64,000 nucleotides of DNA from Mustelus asterias (Eukaryota). Within the stretch, counting starts at the first letter, position 1. Each line of letters begins with the position of its first letter. Of the stretch, positions 1 to 12,838 are shown one piece after another. The notes under the pieces are model-generated. The model did not search any database. It saw only the letters and a program-made list of their open reading frames with translations, and was not told the origin of the DNA. The position numbers and the translations under genes are program-made. Location of the stretch: contig NC_135808.1 in NCBI RefSeq assembly GCF_964213995.1, positions 3,596,001 to 3,660,000 of the forward strand, in the 5' to 3' direction.

Positions 1-169
1 AGTTTTAAACATAGAATAATAACTTCTATTAGCTAACATGTTTCAAAAAATATCTCTCATATTTGAATATTAGCACACACGGTTACAATTATGTACCTTG
101 TTTCCACTTTCTACTGCTGTACCAGTGGCACAGTTCTAGTTCCCATGTAGCTAATACTTTTAACCATTT

Positions 170-1848
170 TACAGTATTTATTGTTGCGAAAAGCATGGAT
201 GTTAGGGAACTTGGGGAAATAAATAGTGATGACTTGAGGAGTGTACATATTACAGAGGAGGAGGTGCTGGAAGTCTTAAAGTGTATCAAGGTAGATAAAT
301 CCCCAAGACCTGATGAAGTGTATCCCAGGACACTGTGGGAGGCTAGGAAGGAAACTGTGGGTCCCCTAGCAGAGATAATTGAATCATCGATAGCCACAGG
401 TGAGGTGCCTGAAGATTGGAGAGTGGCAAATGTTGTGCCTTTGTTTAAAAAGGGCTGCAGGGAAAAGCCTGGGAACAACAGGCCGGTGAGCCTCACATCT
501 GTGGTGGGTAAGTTGTTGGAAGGTCTTTTGAGAGACAGGATCTACAGACATTTAGAGATGCGAGGACTGATTAGGGACAGTCAGCATGGCTTTGTGAGTG
601 GAAAATCATGTCTCACAAATTTGATTGAGTTTTTTGAAAGGGTAACCAAGAAGGTAGATAAGGGCAGTGTAGTTGATGTTGTCTACATGGACTTTAGCAA
701 GGCCTTTGACAAGGTACCGCATGATAGGTTGTTGCATAAAGTTAAATCTCATGAGATCCAGCGTGAGGTATCTAAATGGATACAAAATTGGCTTCGTGAC
801 AGAAGCCAGAGGGTGGTTGTAGAGGGTTGTTTTTCAAACTGGAGGCCTGTGACCAGTGTGTGCCTCAGGGATCAGTGCTGAGTCCACTGTTATGTGTCAT
901 TTTATATCAATGATTTGGATGAGAATATAGGAGGCATAGTTAGTAAGTTTGTCGATGACACCAAGATTCGTGGCACAGTGGACAGTGAAGAAAGTTATCT
1001 CGGATTGCAACGGGATCTTGATCAATTGGGCCAGTGGGCTGACGAATGGCAGATGGAGTTTAATTTAGATAAATGCGTGGTGATGCATTTTGGTAGATTG
1101 AACCAGGGCAGGACTTACTCAGTTAATGTTAGGGCGTTGGGGAGATCTAGGGGTACAGGTTCATAGCTCCTTGAAAGTGGAGTCACCGGTGGAGAGAGTG
1201 GTGAAGAAGGCATTCGGCATGCTTGGTTTCATTGGTCAGAACATTGACTACAGGAGTTGGGACGTCTTGTTGAAGTTGTGCAAGACATTGGTAAGACCAC
1301 CCTTGGAATACTGTGTACAGTTCTGGTGACATTATTATAGAAAGGATATTATTAAACTAGAAAGAGTGCAGAAAAGATTTACTAGAATGCTACCGGGACT
1401 TGATGGTTTGAGTTATAAAGAGAGGCTGGATAGACTGGGACTTTTTTCTCTGGAGCGTAGGAGGCTGAGGGGTGATCTTATAGAGGTCCATAAAATAATG
1501 AGGGGCATAGATCAGCTAGATAGTCAATATCTTTTCCCAAAGGTAGGGGAGTCTAAAACTAGAGGGCATAGGTTTAAGGTGAGAGGGGAGAGATACAAAA
1601 GTGTCCAGAGGGGCAATTTTTTCACAGAGGGTGGTGAGTGTCTCGAACAAACTGCCAGAGGTAAAAGTTGAGGTTGCTTCAATTTTGTCTTTTAAAAAGC
1701 ATTTAGACAGTTACATGGGTACGATGGGTATAGAGGGATATGGGCCAAATGCGGGCAATTGGGACTAGCTTCGGGGTTTCAAAAAAAAAGGGCAGCATGG
1801 ACAACTTGGGCCGAAGGGCCTGTTTCCATGCTGTAAACCTCTATGACT
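170..1848 (+). mobile_element. CR1/HER1-type LINE, 5'-truncated and frameshifted RT plus 3' UTR
   Basis: ORFs 63-881, 894-1166, 1126-1329 and 1366-1671 carry CR1 RT motifs (VPEDWRVANVVPLFKKG, QHGF..GKSCLTNL, YMDFSKAFDKV, SKFVDDTK, RRRLRGDLIE); the copy ends in a ctctatgact tail. Confidence 0.95.
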
Positions 1849-2249
1849 TTAATTTACATTGATATAATTTGTCCAGCACAATGATACATTACCAATCGCA
1901 TCCACTAAAAATTATATTGATTAGCAGTTCATGTAAAGGCAGCAGGGAGAAGAGAATGTTATGTATCAAGTCAAGTCAAGGATAAGGCTTGTCCACAGTG
2001 TCACCCAAATTTTTTGCTAAAGCTTTATCAAAGCTTTGAGGACAATTCGCTAGTTTTCTCCAGAATAATTTTTGGTAATTAGCTACCAGATAAGCTGAAG
2101 ATTCCATTTGAATGTGGTTCCTAAATTGGTAGATTTTTCTAATAGGCTAGTCAAGAAAAAGTCTTACATTTGCCAGTGAACAACCTAGACCTCTCCATCT
2201 CTATATCAGGACCAGTCTCATTCCACTGGTAAGGTGTAGGCTCACTGAA

Positions 2250-5155
2250 ATATGATAGAGTAGAATACTGTCGGGGGAGTCTTTTGGAGTTCTGAATATA
2301 GACTCTGGATTCCATGAGGTGTCATGACTTTGATGGACGAAAATACTTCCTGCTGATTACTACCTACCACTTCCTCAACTTATGAATCAGTGCCCATCCA
2401 TTATGTAACAGTTCTAACAAGCACAGAGAGAAGCATTAAGGGTGGATTGCTAATTGTAACACTGACTAAGCTAGGTGAATCCTAAAGGGCAAATCCACCA
2501 GACTGGGTTGGTATCAGCTGGTGAGGGAACCTATGTGAAGAAACAACCAACTCAACATTGTCTTCACCAACCAATGTGTTGTGACACATTTGTGATAACA
2601 TTAGTAAGCGTAACTATCTCAGTGTTCTTATGAAGGCAAAGCCTAATTTACATATCCTTTACCTTATAGTGTGGCACTGTTATAATTCAGGTCAGAAACT
2701 CCAAAGTGTTTTATGGAGCCCACCTGGATCATAAGTTTTGCATTTTGGATTTGGCTAAGATAAGCATGATATGTTTCACCTCCGGTATGATTCAAATGAC
2801 CCACTGGGGAGCTTTTATCAAACAAAGTTTATTTAAGAATATAGTTAACATGTATGGAAAGAAAGTTAGCAATAACTTTTATCAATTACAAAGAAAAGCA
2901 AAACAACCACGATAATGTACAACTCAACAAATATATTTAAAATGTTCCAATCAAACAAAAAAAAACCTTTCCACAGGTTTAACACAGCAAGGACTAATGC
3001 TCATGTGACACTGGAACTGAGTCCTTTGGATGAATACTGCAGTTCTTTTGAGGCACACACAGAAAAGCTTGGCGTCAAAGCAGCATCCCAGAACACCAGG
3101 GAAAGACTCTGGTCAAGCCACCAATTACTCCAGGAAGGCAAAAAGCCTTGCTTTCAGCTAACCAGCAAAGTTTCCAAAACCAGGGAGAAAGAGAAACGCT
3201 TCTTTTCAGCTTGATGCAACCAAACAGAAAATGAAACCTTAAACTCACTACGAAGGAAAGAAAAACTGTTCAAAACACATGACCTTCCTCCTAACAAAGT
3301 AAAAATAAACAAACCCCATTTAAACCACTGAAGTAGCAATAAAGGGACTTCTCCAGCCAACTCATCAACAATGACATAAGCTGAGGCTGTGAGAGGTGCA
3401 GGGAACATGATTTTTAAAATAAAAAATTGAAAGTACATTAACGTCACAGCACCACCATCATGGCACGTAGAGCAGATTAAGAAAGGTTTAGCAGATCCAT
3501 CTGGGCTTGGATGAAGTGCTATGGGTGATAGCTTAACAGTTGTCCGACACAATCCAACACCCTAAGTTTGGTACATACCTCACTCCTTCATCACTATTAA
3601 ACTGGATGACAAATATTCATTGCAGAGATATACCAAGCGCAGGAGCAGGTGTATGGCACCAACAACACGGATGCATGCATCCATTATAAACAGGAAAGCA
3701 GCACGTTTGTAGACAGAACAAACTACCCTGAAATCAACAGATCAGAGTAATGCTGTGAAGCCCTACAAAATCTAGCCAAAAATAGTGGTGCAGAGCATTC
3801 ATGCAATAACTGAGGAAGAGACTGCATTAAAAAATCCATCCGAAACCACGGTGGAGCCAACAAGTGAGTGATTTTCATCTGATTCAACCTTATATCAGTC
3901 AATCATTCAAGTGGACAATTCCACTCAGTATTTCCCTGAAACCATCAGCATCACAGATCCAGCTTCAGCCATTTGGTTTACTTCATGTAACTTTTGAGAA
4001 ATTCCTCAATATTTCCTATATCCCTGCTGCCACCTTCCCCTCCCCCTGCACAAGACTCCAACTGCTTGGTCCCTTAATCAAGGTACCAATTCAAGAGGTG
4101 ACAGCAGAGCAGCGTTTGACTGAGTATGACATCACGTAACTTGAGGTCAATTGGAGCCGATCGGATTCAAGTGGGAAAATTCTCCACTGGAGAGTTGGAA
4201 TCAGACCGAGCACCAAAGAGAATGGTTCGAGCTGTTGGAGGTCAATCATCTCAGTCTCAGGACTTTCCAACAAGAAGCCCTGTTCAGCCCAACCATCTTC
4301 AACAGCTTCCCTCCATCAGAAGGTCAGACATGGGATGATTGCACAATGTTCAATACCATTCATAACTCCTCAGATGCAGAAGCAGTCCATGTCCATGTGC
4401 AGCGACACCTGGACCACATTCAGGTTTAGGCTGACAAGTGGCAAGTAACATTGTTGCCATATCAGTGCCAAGCAATGACCACCTCCAACCAGAGAGAACC
4501 TTCCATCTCCACTTGACATTCAATAGCTTTACCATTGCTGAATTCCCCAGTATCGGCATCATGGATTACAAACTGAACTGGACGAGGCTTATCAATACTG
4601 TAACTACGAGAGCAGGTACGAGTCTGGGTATTCTGCAATAAATAACTCACTTCCAGCCTCCCCAAAGTCTGTCCAACATGGACAAGACACAAGTCAGGAA
4701 TGTGATGGAATACTCTCCACTTGCCTGCCCGAGTGTGGCTCCAACAACATTCAAGAAGCTCAACGCCAGAGGAAAACGGCCTGCTTGATTATCACTATTC
4801 ACCACCTTAAACTTTCACTCCCTCTACCACCAATGCAGCAGTGTGTACCATATAAAAAATGCACTGCAGCAACTCACAAGGGCTCCTTCAACAGCTTCTT
4901 CCAAACACATGACTTCCCTCACTTGGAAAGTCAAGGCAGCAAAAGGAGAACACCACCATCTGAATCACTCATCCTGACCTGGAAATATATTACCGTTCCT
5001 TCACTGTTGTTGGAACTCTCTTCTTAACAGCACTGTGGATGTACCTACATGTGGACTGCAATGGGTCAAGAAGCCCACCACCACCTTCTCAAAGGAAATT
5101 GGGGATGGGAAATGTTCATCTTACAAATGACACCCATATCCCATGAACCAATAAG
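2250..5155 (+). mobile_element. Old degraded CR1/L2-clade LINE (probable partner of the LF-SINE-like SINE), interrupted at about 2707-3448
   Basis: Decayed RT-like segments at 4050-4430 (ttcagcccaaccatcttc = S/GPTIF motif); the 3' end tgacacccatatcccatgaaccaataa is shared with the SINE at 36220. Confidence 0.6.
2707..3448 (-). mobile_element. LTR-like insertion (possible Gypsy solo LTR)
   Basis: TG...CA ends, reverse polyA signal tttatt near 2830, interrupts the old LINE; no TSD found. Confidence 0.35.
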
Positions 5156-6361
5156 AGAATATAAATTTTAAAAACTGACCATTACTGAAACTAGCTTTAT
5201 ATTCCAGATTAATTAACTCTGAGTGAGGGGCAGAAGTCCTGCCTCCAGCCAATTAACATTTGTCAGAATATGAAATGGCTGGGGGCAGGCAGAATCAGTG
5301 GGGATGTATTCTCCAATGACTCTTCGGATGGTGGGCAGGAAACCCCCACCATCTGAAACATTTTGGGTCATTTCTCACAACTATTCTTGTAAATTTCCAT
5401 TGGGAATATCAAATTAGTGGCAATTTCCCTGTGTGTAAAGTCTTTTCCCTCAGTTTCATGGAGCCTTTAGAAGATAGGTTGGGTGGTGGGAAGGCATTGG
5501 GCAGCGTTGCCTGATGTCTTCCCGCTGCCATGCCATTTTGCCAGCCGCAGGTAAAGTGAGATGGTTTACACATCTATCTCAGTTCTGGGGGGCCTTGGCT
5601 CACAAGGGACTTGTTGGTAGCAGCACTGGCACTGCCTGCCCTCAGTAACAGCCGCTGAACCCTCACTAGGACTTGCCTGACTGGCCCATCGACCCCATTT
5701 ACCTGGTTGTGGGGGTGCATATCCATTGAAGCATCCTCTTCCTCCAAGTGCAGTCCTGCTTATCCACTGCTTCTGATGGTGCTGCTGAAGTTCAGATTGA
5801 GCTGGCAGCTCTTAGGGATGGCTGCTGTACTTCATTGGACTGCTGTCTGTAAAATGCAGCCCCAGGTTTTGCTGCTGACTGAAGTGGGGCTTTATCCCCT
5901 GCTTTCAACCCTGAGAGCAGTCCCCTGCTGTTTCTGAAAAATCCTAGCTATTGCCCACATAGTATTGAGCCATTTGGAGCCTGAGGGCTTGGTTAGATTC
6001 TTAATCTGTACCTCATCAGCTGAAATTGTGGGAGGAAAAGGGAGAGGAATGAATCAACCAGGGTTCACACTATGAATGTTATTCATGTCCTCGGAGACTG
6101 AATGACCTGATGCTTATTGTCTAAGCTGAAACATTAAGAATGACCACTTGAACAAAACCCAGTAATATACAGCATCTCCGAATACACAGGGAGAAAAGCA
6201 GGGATACAATTGAAAGGGAAAATCATTTTGCAAATAGGTTGTTAATAGGTTTTATAATTACTCGAAAGTATATGAGTAGTTTATTTTAACTGTTTGTTTA
6301 CGAGGGTTACGTGAAGATATAATGTCTTTCACAACTTCAGAATAACCCAGGACATTATTTT

Positions 6362-6884
6362 ATAGAGTCATAGAGGTTTACAGCATGGAAACAGGCCCTT
6401 CGGCCCAACTTGTCCATGCCGCCCTTTTTTTAAAAACCCCTAAGCTAATCCCAATTTCCCGCATTTGGCCCATATCCCTCTATACCCGTCGTACCCATGT
6501 AACTATCTAAATGTTTTTCAAAAGACAAAATTATACCCGCCTCTACTACTACCTCTGGCAGCTTGTTCCAGACACTCACCACCCTCTGTGTGAAAACATT
6601 ACCCCTCTGGACACTTTTGTAACTCTCCCCTCTCACCTTAAACCTCTGCCCTCTAGTTTTAGACTCCCCTACCTTTGGGAAAAGATATTGACTATCGAGC
6701 TGATCTGTGCCCCTCATTATCTTATAGACCTCTATAAGGTCACCCCTCAGCCTCCTACGCTCCAGAGAAAAAAGTCCCAGTCTATCCAGCCTCTCCTTGT
6801 AACTCAAACCATCAAGTCCCGGTAGCATCCTAGTAAATCTTTTCTGCACTCTTTCTAGTTTAGTAATATCCTTTCTATAATAGG
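6362..6884 (-). mobile_element. CR1/HER1 3' fragment, same subfamily as 170-1848
   Basis: ORF 6445-6936 (-) closely matches ORF 1366-1671; same 3' tail in reverse. Confidence 0.95.
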
Positions 6885-7009
6885 GATTACATGAACGGTG
6901 CACATGAACTCCTTGGTGTGTCCACACTCTACCCAATTATATCATATCGACGTTCTGCCATTATGTTCACTTTGGGGGTGAAACGTTAGCAGTATGGTTG
7001 AATAAAGTG

Positions 7010-7375
7010 TAATTTTCTAAAGTGTGTGCACCGTTGTAGTGTGAGAAATGTAATTATTTGTGTATAGCAATGCCCTACAAACAGCAATGAGATTCGTGAG
7101 CAAAAAAACGTCTGTCATGTCAAGAGATAAATGATGACCAAGACACTGGGCACCCTCCCCCCTGTTTTTCTCAGAATATAGCCATGGGTCCTTTAATGTC
7201 CACCTGACAGACCTCAGTTTAATATCTCACCCGAAAGATAGTATCTCTGAAAATGTAGCACTCCCTCAGCACTGCACTGGGAGTATCAGCTTGGATTCTT
7301 GCTCAATGCTTTGGAATAGGACCCACAACCTCTGATTTGGAAATGGGAGAGATGCAACTGAACCAAGGCGTACAC
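7010..7375 (-). mobile_element. Deu-domain SINE (SacSINE1/AmnSINE1-like)
   Basis: Reverse complement of the recalled Deu core (gccatgggtcctttaatgtccacctga...gcactccctcagcactgcactgggag); diverged. Confidence 0.65.
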
Positions 7376-7496
7376 CTACGTGCTGAAATTTCAATGCTCA
7401 AGCTGCTTCAAATACAGAGAGCCTGTCAATATTTTAATGTTTGTGACGCTTGGATTAGTAAAACATATTTATCATTTTTCTCTTTTTGTTCTTTAG

Positions 7497-7523
7497 ATGA
7501 GTGGAAAACTCTTATTGATTCAG
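7497..7523 (+). CDS. 27-nt micro-exon of a butyrophilin-like gene: (D)EWKTLIDS
   Basis: Polypyrimidine tract plus ctttag acceptor, CAG|gtaac donor, phase 1-1, open in frame with the downstream exons. Confidence 0.7.
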
Positions 7524-7569
7524 GTAACATAATCTTTTACATAAACAACTGCTGTTTATTAATATACTG

Positions 7570-7830
7570 TGGAAATGCCAGCGTTGGACTGGGGTAAACA
7601 CAGTAAGGAGTCTAACAACACCAGGTTAAAGTCCAACAGGTTTATTTGGTGGCAAACGCCACTAGCTTTCGGAGCGCTGCTCCTTCGTCAGATGGAGTGG
7701 AAATCTGCTCCATTTGCACTCCATGGATTTCCACTCCATCTGACGAAGGAGCAGCGCTCTGAAAGCTAGTGGCGTTTGCTACCAAATAAACCTGTTGGAC
7801 TTTAACCTGGTGTTGTTAGACTCCTTACTG
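7570..7830. mobile_element. Fold-back Penelope-like terminal-repeat element with hammerhead motifs
   Basis: Inverted arms 7600-7705 / 7726-7831 (2 mismatches, 20-nt loop); flanking duplication tattaatRtactg; same family as 52927-53814, which encodes a GIY-YIG C-terminus. Confidence 0.85.
7736..7772 (+). ncRNA. Minimal type I hammerhead ribozyme motif (mirror copy at 7659-7695 on -)
   Basis: CCAT-CTGACGA-A-GGAGC agc GCTC(T/C)-GAAA-GCTA-GTGG: catalytic boxes, stem II, palindromic stem III and stem I CCAU/GUGG. Confidence 0.7.
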
Positions 7831-8188
7831 TATTAATGTACTGAGCAGGTTCCAGCATTAGCTGTATTCACCGATGCATCTGCTGCAACAAAAACACATT
7901 ATAATCTGATGGGAAATAGAGGGATAAATTTTTACTCTGGTTGCAGTTTGGATCAGAAGCGGGCAGGCCCAGAATTTGGCACTGCCAGCCAGCATGGCAA
8001 TTCTCTGCCATGGCCCTGGTCCCGAGCCATTCTCAGAGGCCAGATCGGTTGCGAACCATCAATAAACAACTAGCCAATTATTGGCAAATTGATTTCATTA
8101 AGGACCCTTTTGAGGCTTCAGTCCTGTGCCAACTGTAATGTGGGAAGTCCACATTGACTTGGAGCAAGTCAATGTGGAATTGGGCGGT

Positions 8189-8416
8189 TGTTATATATTT
8201 AAGTAGTTACATGATTTCTCCAAGAGCAGGTCACATGATTTTGATGGTGATGTAATTGGGGTGTTTCAGAGATTCCTACTTTTGTTTTCAGTTTGTACTC
8301 TGTACAGGCAAGAGGTCTTGGAATAAAACTGTTGTAAGTTTGAATCTACATGTGCAAACCACATCTTTTTCTTTTTGTGTAAAACCCACAACCCCTAACA
8401 TAGTTAGGATATTACA
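8189..8416 (+). mobile_element. Gypsy solo LTR
   Basis: TGTTA...TTACA ends, AATAAA, 5-bp TSD gcggt/acggt; homologous to the LTR at 28476-28680, which sits next to a PPT and integrase relic. Confidence 0.8.
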
Positions 8417-9259
8417 ACGGTGCAGCCTATCCTTCACATCCTGTGAAGACGCCCCCTGCACTCATCATGTTGCCAGGTGCCAGGTATGATTGCTGGCTGT
8501 CTCATGGAGGGATCTCCCCAGGATCACATCCATGCAGCTGTGACCATTTGAAACTTTTTAAAAATTGGCCTTTCTCCCTCACTGTCTCACCTGTGGTGGG
8601 GCTGCCAATCTGTACGTGTTGGAGGGCCTCCAATTGGCCCTCTAGCTTTTTAAGTTTATGTGGGATAGTCTTTAATTGGCTCTTCTTTTCAAAATAGTGG
8701 TGGGTGTGTCTATAATACACCATGCCAGCTTGGAACCTCGAACTCGCCTCCCCCTGTTGGCTCCTACCCCCTGAATGAAAATTCTGTCCAGAGAGTCAGG
8801 AGTCACTGCTGCATCGTCCGAATTCTTCTGTACCTTGCAGCTTACAAAAGCTACTGAAGGTGCCAACTGATAACAGCAAACCGAGGGATTGGCCATCTGG
8901 GATCTGAGGAAACTGTGGAGCAAACAATCAATCTTTAACCAATGAGATTTATGATTGAGAAATAAACTCAGAAAAGACTGAGGAGGGAAAATGCAAGGTG
9001 ACAAATTCAGTGTCAAATGGTATACAGAAAAGAGAAAGATTAGATTAACATGAGAGGGCAGAAGAGAAGGAAAGCAACTTAAAATTTAATGTTTTTTACT
9101 CTTTGGAAAATTCAAAACCTGAAAAATTGAGATTGTTTTAGTTAATTTTCACGATTTGAAAGTTTGATTGCAGTCTAACAATTGTCAAGTTGTTGAAAAG
9201 GTACTGCTAATGTCCAGACATAACTTACTGTGGCAGATTTATGGGCAAATACCGGCAGG

Positions 9260-9537
9260 AGGGATAGGAACTAAAAAATAAAGACTAGACAATTAGTTAA
9301 AGAACCGGGAGATGGGGGAAACATTTTACAATGTGAGTTATGATCTAGAATATATTGCAGAAAGGGTGGTAGAAACAGAATCTGTCGCTACATTCAAAAG
9401 AGAGCTGGGTATATACTTAAACGAGTGAAAATCTCCAGGGAAGCAGTTGGAGAGTGGGACATTGGATAGCTCTTCCAAAGAACCAGCACAGTTATAATCA
9501 ACTGAATGCCCTCCCTCTGTTCTGTGACATTCTATGA
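9260..9537 (+). mobile_element. Degraded CR1 3' end
   Basis: Decayed match to CR1 C-terminal coding sequence and 3' UTR, ending in cattctatga. Confidence 0.55.
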
Positions 9538-10285
9538 AATATTTCCCTCTCTGTCTATATTCTGAAAACATTAAAGATTTTACAGTGAAGGCCTGTTTTT
9601 ATACTTACAATTATGTAATTAATTCAGCCGTTTTTTGCAGTGCGTGTGTGTAAATATGATTGCACATCACCATCAGTATGTGTGAAATGTAAGATGTGTT
9701 CTGCTAAAGCTGCCTAAATCAATTCTGAACAGCAGGAAATTGGTAACACACACATTGAAATTCATGGTGTATTGTCCAGTCAGAGAAATTTCTAACCTTA
9801 TTAACCCACATACCCTGGGATCAAATGGTGTATAGTGTTGGGAAAAATTACCAGGATCTCTGGCTCATAATGTCAGTCTACCTGTCTCATCTCCTTTCAT
9901 GTCCCCACACAGCAGCAGGACACAAAACACACCTGACCCAATTGTCATGACATTTTGAAGCAACCTCGAAAATGGGTCATGACCCAGTGTGGCGGGATTA
10001 TGCTCCAAATTCCTCCCTTGTCTGCTCAGCTACCGGCAGGGTTGCGCCACCGGGGTCCCAGTCATTTTGAATCATACCACCACGGAAAGTTTGCAGCACA
10101 GAAAAAGGCCACTTGACCCATTGTCAGGCTGGAAAGCGAGTTGCCCAGCCTGAGTGGTTTATACCTTCCAATTTACGGTCATCAGTTTAAAAACTATTTT
10201 CTGTGGAATCTGTGGTATTTTTTTATGTGGAATTATTTGGGTGCTGATTTCTTCAGTTTAATTGGTTTATTATTTCTGGCTTCAG

Positions 10286-10312
10286 ATTGGAAGAAGATTT
10301 CTGAGTGTAAAG
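10286..10312 (+). CDS. 27-nt penultimate micro-exon of a butyrophilin-like gene: (D)WKKISECK
   Basis: tttctggcttcag acceptor, AAG|gtaaga donor, phase 1-1; resembles the WK/RK 27-nt exon that precedes B30.2 in butyrophilins. Confidence 0.75.
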
Positions 10313-10754
10313 GTAAGATTTTCTATTTATGGCATTGAACATTTAAGTCACTTTGACTGCAACTAATCTTCTCCCTTGGTCATAATCACCATAACATCAA
10401 AATTGTGTTTGCAGTGACCCCTCCACCACTAACCTCCCCTCCTCACACTCCAGCTTCAGTTTGGATATTCAAGGTAATTTGCTGGGTTCATCTTGCTGGC
10501 TGAGTCTCAAACACCAGCATGTAAACAGCCCACAATTTTCCATCTATCAATTGGAATGGATGGCAAATTGAGGACTGTGTGCTTGCAAACATCCAGTGTG
10601 CTTGCAAATATCCAGTGTGCTTAGCTGGGTCACAAACAAATCCATCTCTCTAATGTGCAGAAAGCATGGTTTACTTTGTGTTAAAAACAAGGTCAACCAC
10701 ATCAGCCTCTTTCATCCTTTCCTCTCCCCTGACAACTGCCGTCTTCTGTATTCA

Positions 10755-11040
10755 GTTTGGCACAGTGGTTAGCACTGCTGCCTCACAGTGCCAGGGACCC
10801 GGGTTCAATTCTGGCCTCGGATGACTATCTCTCTGTGTGGAGTTTGCACATTCTCCCCGTGTCTGTGTGGGTTTCCTCCCACAGTCCAAAAGATGTGCAG
10901 GTTAGGTTGATTGGCCATGCTACATTGCCCCTTAGTGTCTTGAGATTTAGGGGACATTAGCGGGGTAAATAAGCCTGGGTAAGAGTCAGTGCAGACTCGA
11001 TGGGCCAAATGGCATACTTCTGCACTGTAGGGTTCCTATA
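10755..11040 (+). mobile_element. HE1 V-SINE
   Basis: tRNA-derived head (tggcacagtggttagcactg...gggttcaattc), V-domain, CR1/HER1-like tail. Confidence 0.9.
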
Positions 11041-11834
11041 CTTTGTCTACTTTGCCCTTCAATATTCTTAGTAGATCTGCTTTCAGTGGTGACAGTGATG
11101 ATTTTAAGTGACACAAGTGGTATTTTCAAATTAAATTGTTGCTGAATAATCATATCCTGAAAATGCAATTCAGCAACAAAATGTTTCAGAATGAGAAAAA
11201 TTATGCAGAACAATCGTTTTCCTGGAAAGGTAAAGCACCAGAAAAATAGCACCTCTGAAGGATTCGATACTTTAAGGTAAATGTACAGCTTTCTAGCATT
11301 CAACAATGAGCAGGAGTGATCGAGAAGGGAGCCAAGTGAGAGGGGGTCATGTTGGCAGGCAGGAAGGGGTGGTGGGAGTGTAGCCTGGGAAGGCATCAGG
11401 TGATGGGAGGGCTGCTGTGTAAGAATGAGGGAGCAGACTTTGGGGTAGAGATGGTGAGAAAAGTGATGTAAACTAAATCTGCTGAGCGTGCAGTTACAGT
11501 GCGGCTCCTGATGCATGCGCTAGATTTGCACGGTGAATACGGAGGCTATTCAGGTTAGGTTGCCTCAACACTCCCTAAACTGGGGTGAGCTTTCTCTCAA
11601 TATTTTGAAGCTTTTGATTTTTCATGAGATATTTTAGAGCTGTCAGTGGTGAGTTACCTGCCGGACCCAGATACTTTGACTCCTATTTATCTCCATCCAA
11701 ATTACCATTCCCTTCCATGACCATCCCTTAACCAATCTCCAAATATTCCTTTATGAAAAACTAAAATCCATTGTACCTCAGAAATATCATTCCATCTCCC
11801 CTATCACTCCCTGTTTATGACTCACATTAGTTCA

Positions 11835-12190
11835 AAAAAATATTGTTCCAGCGAGCTGGGTCAGTATTTATTGCCCATCCTAAGATTCCCATGAACTGAA
11901 TTGCTAAGCCATTTCAGGGGGTATTTAAGAGTCAACTACATTGCTGTAGGTCTGGAGTCACATGTCGGCCAGACCGGGTAAGGGTGGCAGATTTCCTTCC
12001 CTAAAGGACATTAGTGACCACATGGGTTTTTCCGATAATTGACAATGGTTTCATGGTCACCATTAAAAATTTTAATTCCAGATTTTTAAAATTTGAATTC
12101 AAATTCCCCATCTGCCGTGGAACCATGTCGCCAGAGCATTATCCTGGGTCAGTGGATTACTACTCCATTGACAATACCACTACACCATTG
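11835..12190 (-). mobile_element. LF-SINE-like tRNA SINE
   Basis: Reverse complement of gtcctttagggaaggaaatctgcc...gtgactccagacc.acagcaatgt; homologous to 36220-36541. Confidence 0.65.
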
Positions 12191-12199
12191 CCTCCTTTC

Positions 12200-12835
12200 A
12201 TGAATGAACGGTGATATATTTCCAAGTTAGGAAGGTCTGTGACTTGGAGAAAACGTATAGTTTGTGGTGATCTCGTGTGCCTGCTGATCTTATACATCGA
12301 GTCAGTATAAGTTGCAGATTTGGAAAGTGAGTGAAAGACCCTTAATGAACTGCTGCAGTGTATCTTGCAGATAGTACACACTGTTACCACAGTTTAAGTT
12401 GGCCAATGGGGTCCCAATCAAATGAGTTATTTTGTCCTGGATGGTTTCAAGGTTCTTGGGCTTTATTGGAGCTGCACTTGTCCAGCCAAATGGAAAGCAT
12501 TTCACCACATTCCTGACTTGCGCTTTGATGATGGGGAATCAGGAATTATAGAATTCCCGGTGTCTGAGCTGCTCTTATGACCAAAGTGTTTATATGACTT
12601 GTCCAGTTAAGTTTCCCGTGATGCCCAGAGTGTTGATCATGAGATTCAGCAATGGTATTACAGTTGAATATCAAGAGGAGGTGTGCATCTCTTTCTTGTT
12701 GGAGATTGTCATTTGTCTGGCACATTTATTACCTGCCACTTATCAGCCCAAGCATGTGGGTATGAATTGCTTCATTATATGAGGAGTTGGGAATGGAAAT
12801 GAACTATTTGCAACAATTAGTGAATATTCCTAGTT
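12200..12835 (-). mobile_element. Old LINE fragment (family of 2250-5155), continuing at about 13755 and 15420-15480
   Basis: Reverse similarity to 4340-4930 (e.g. ttcctgacttg vs caagtcaggaa); split by a CR1 and a minisatellite. Confidence 0.55.
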
Positions 12836-12838
12836 TGA

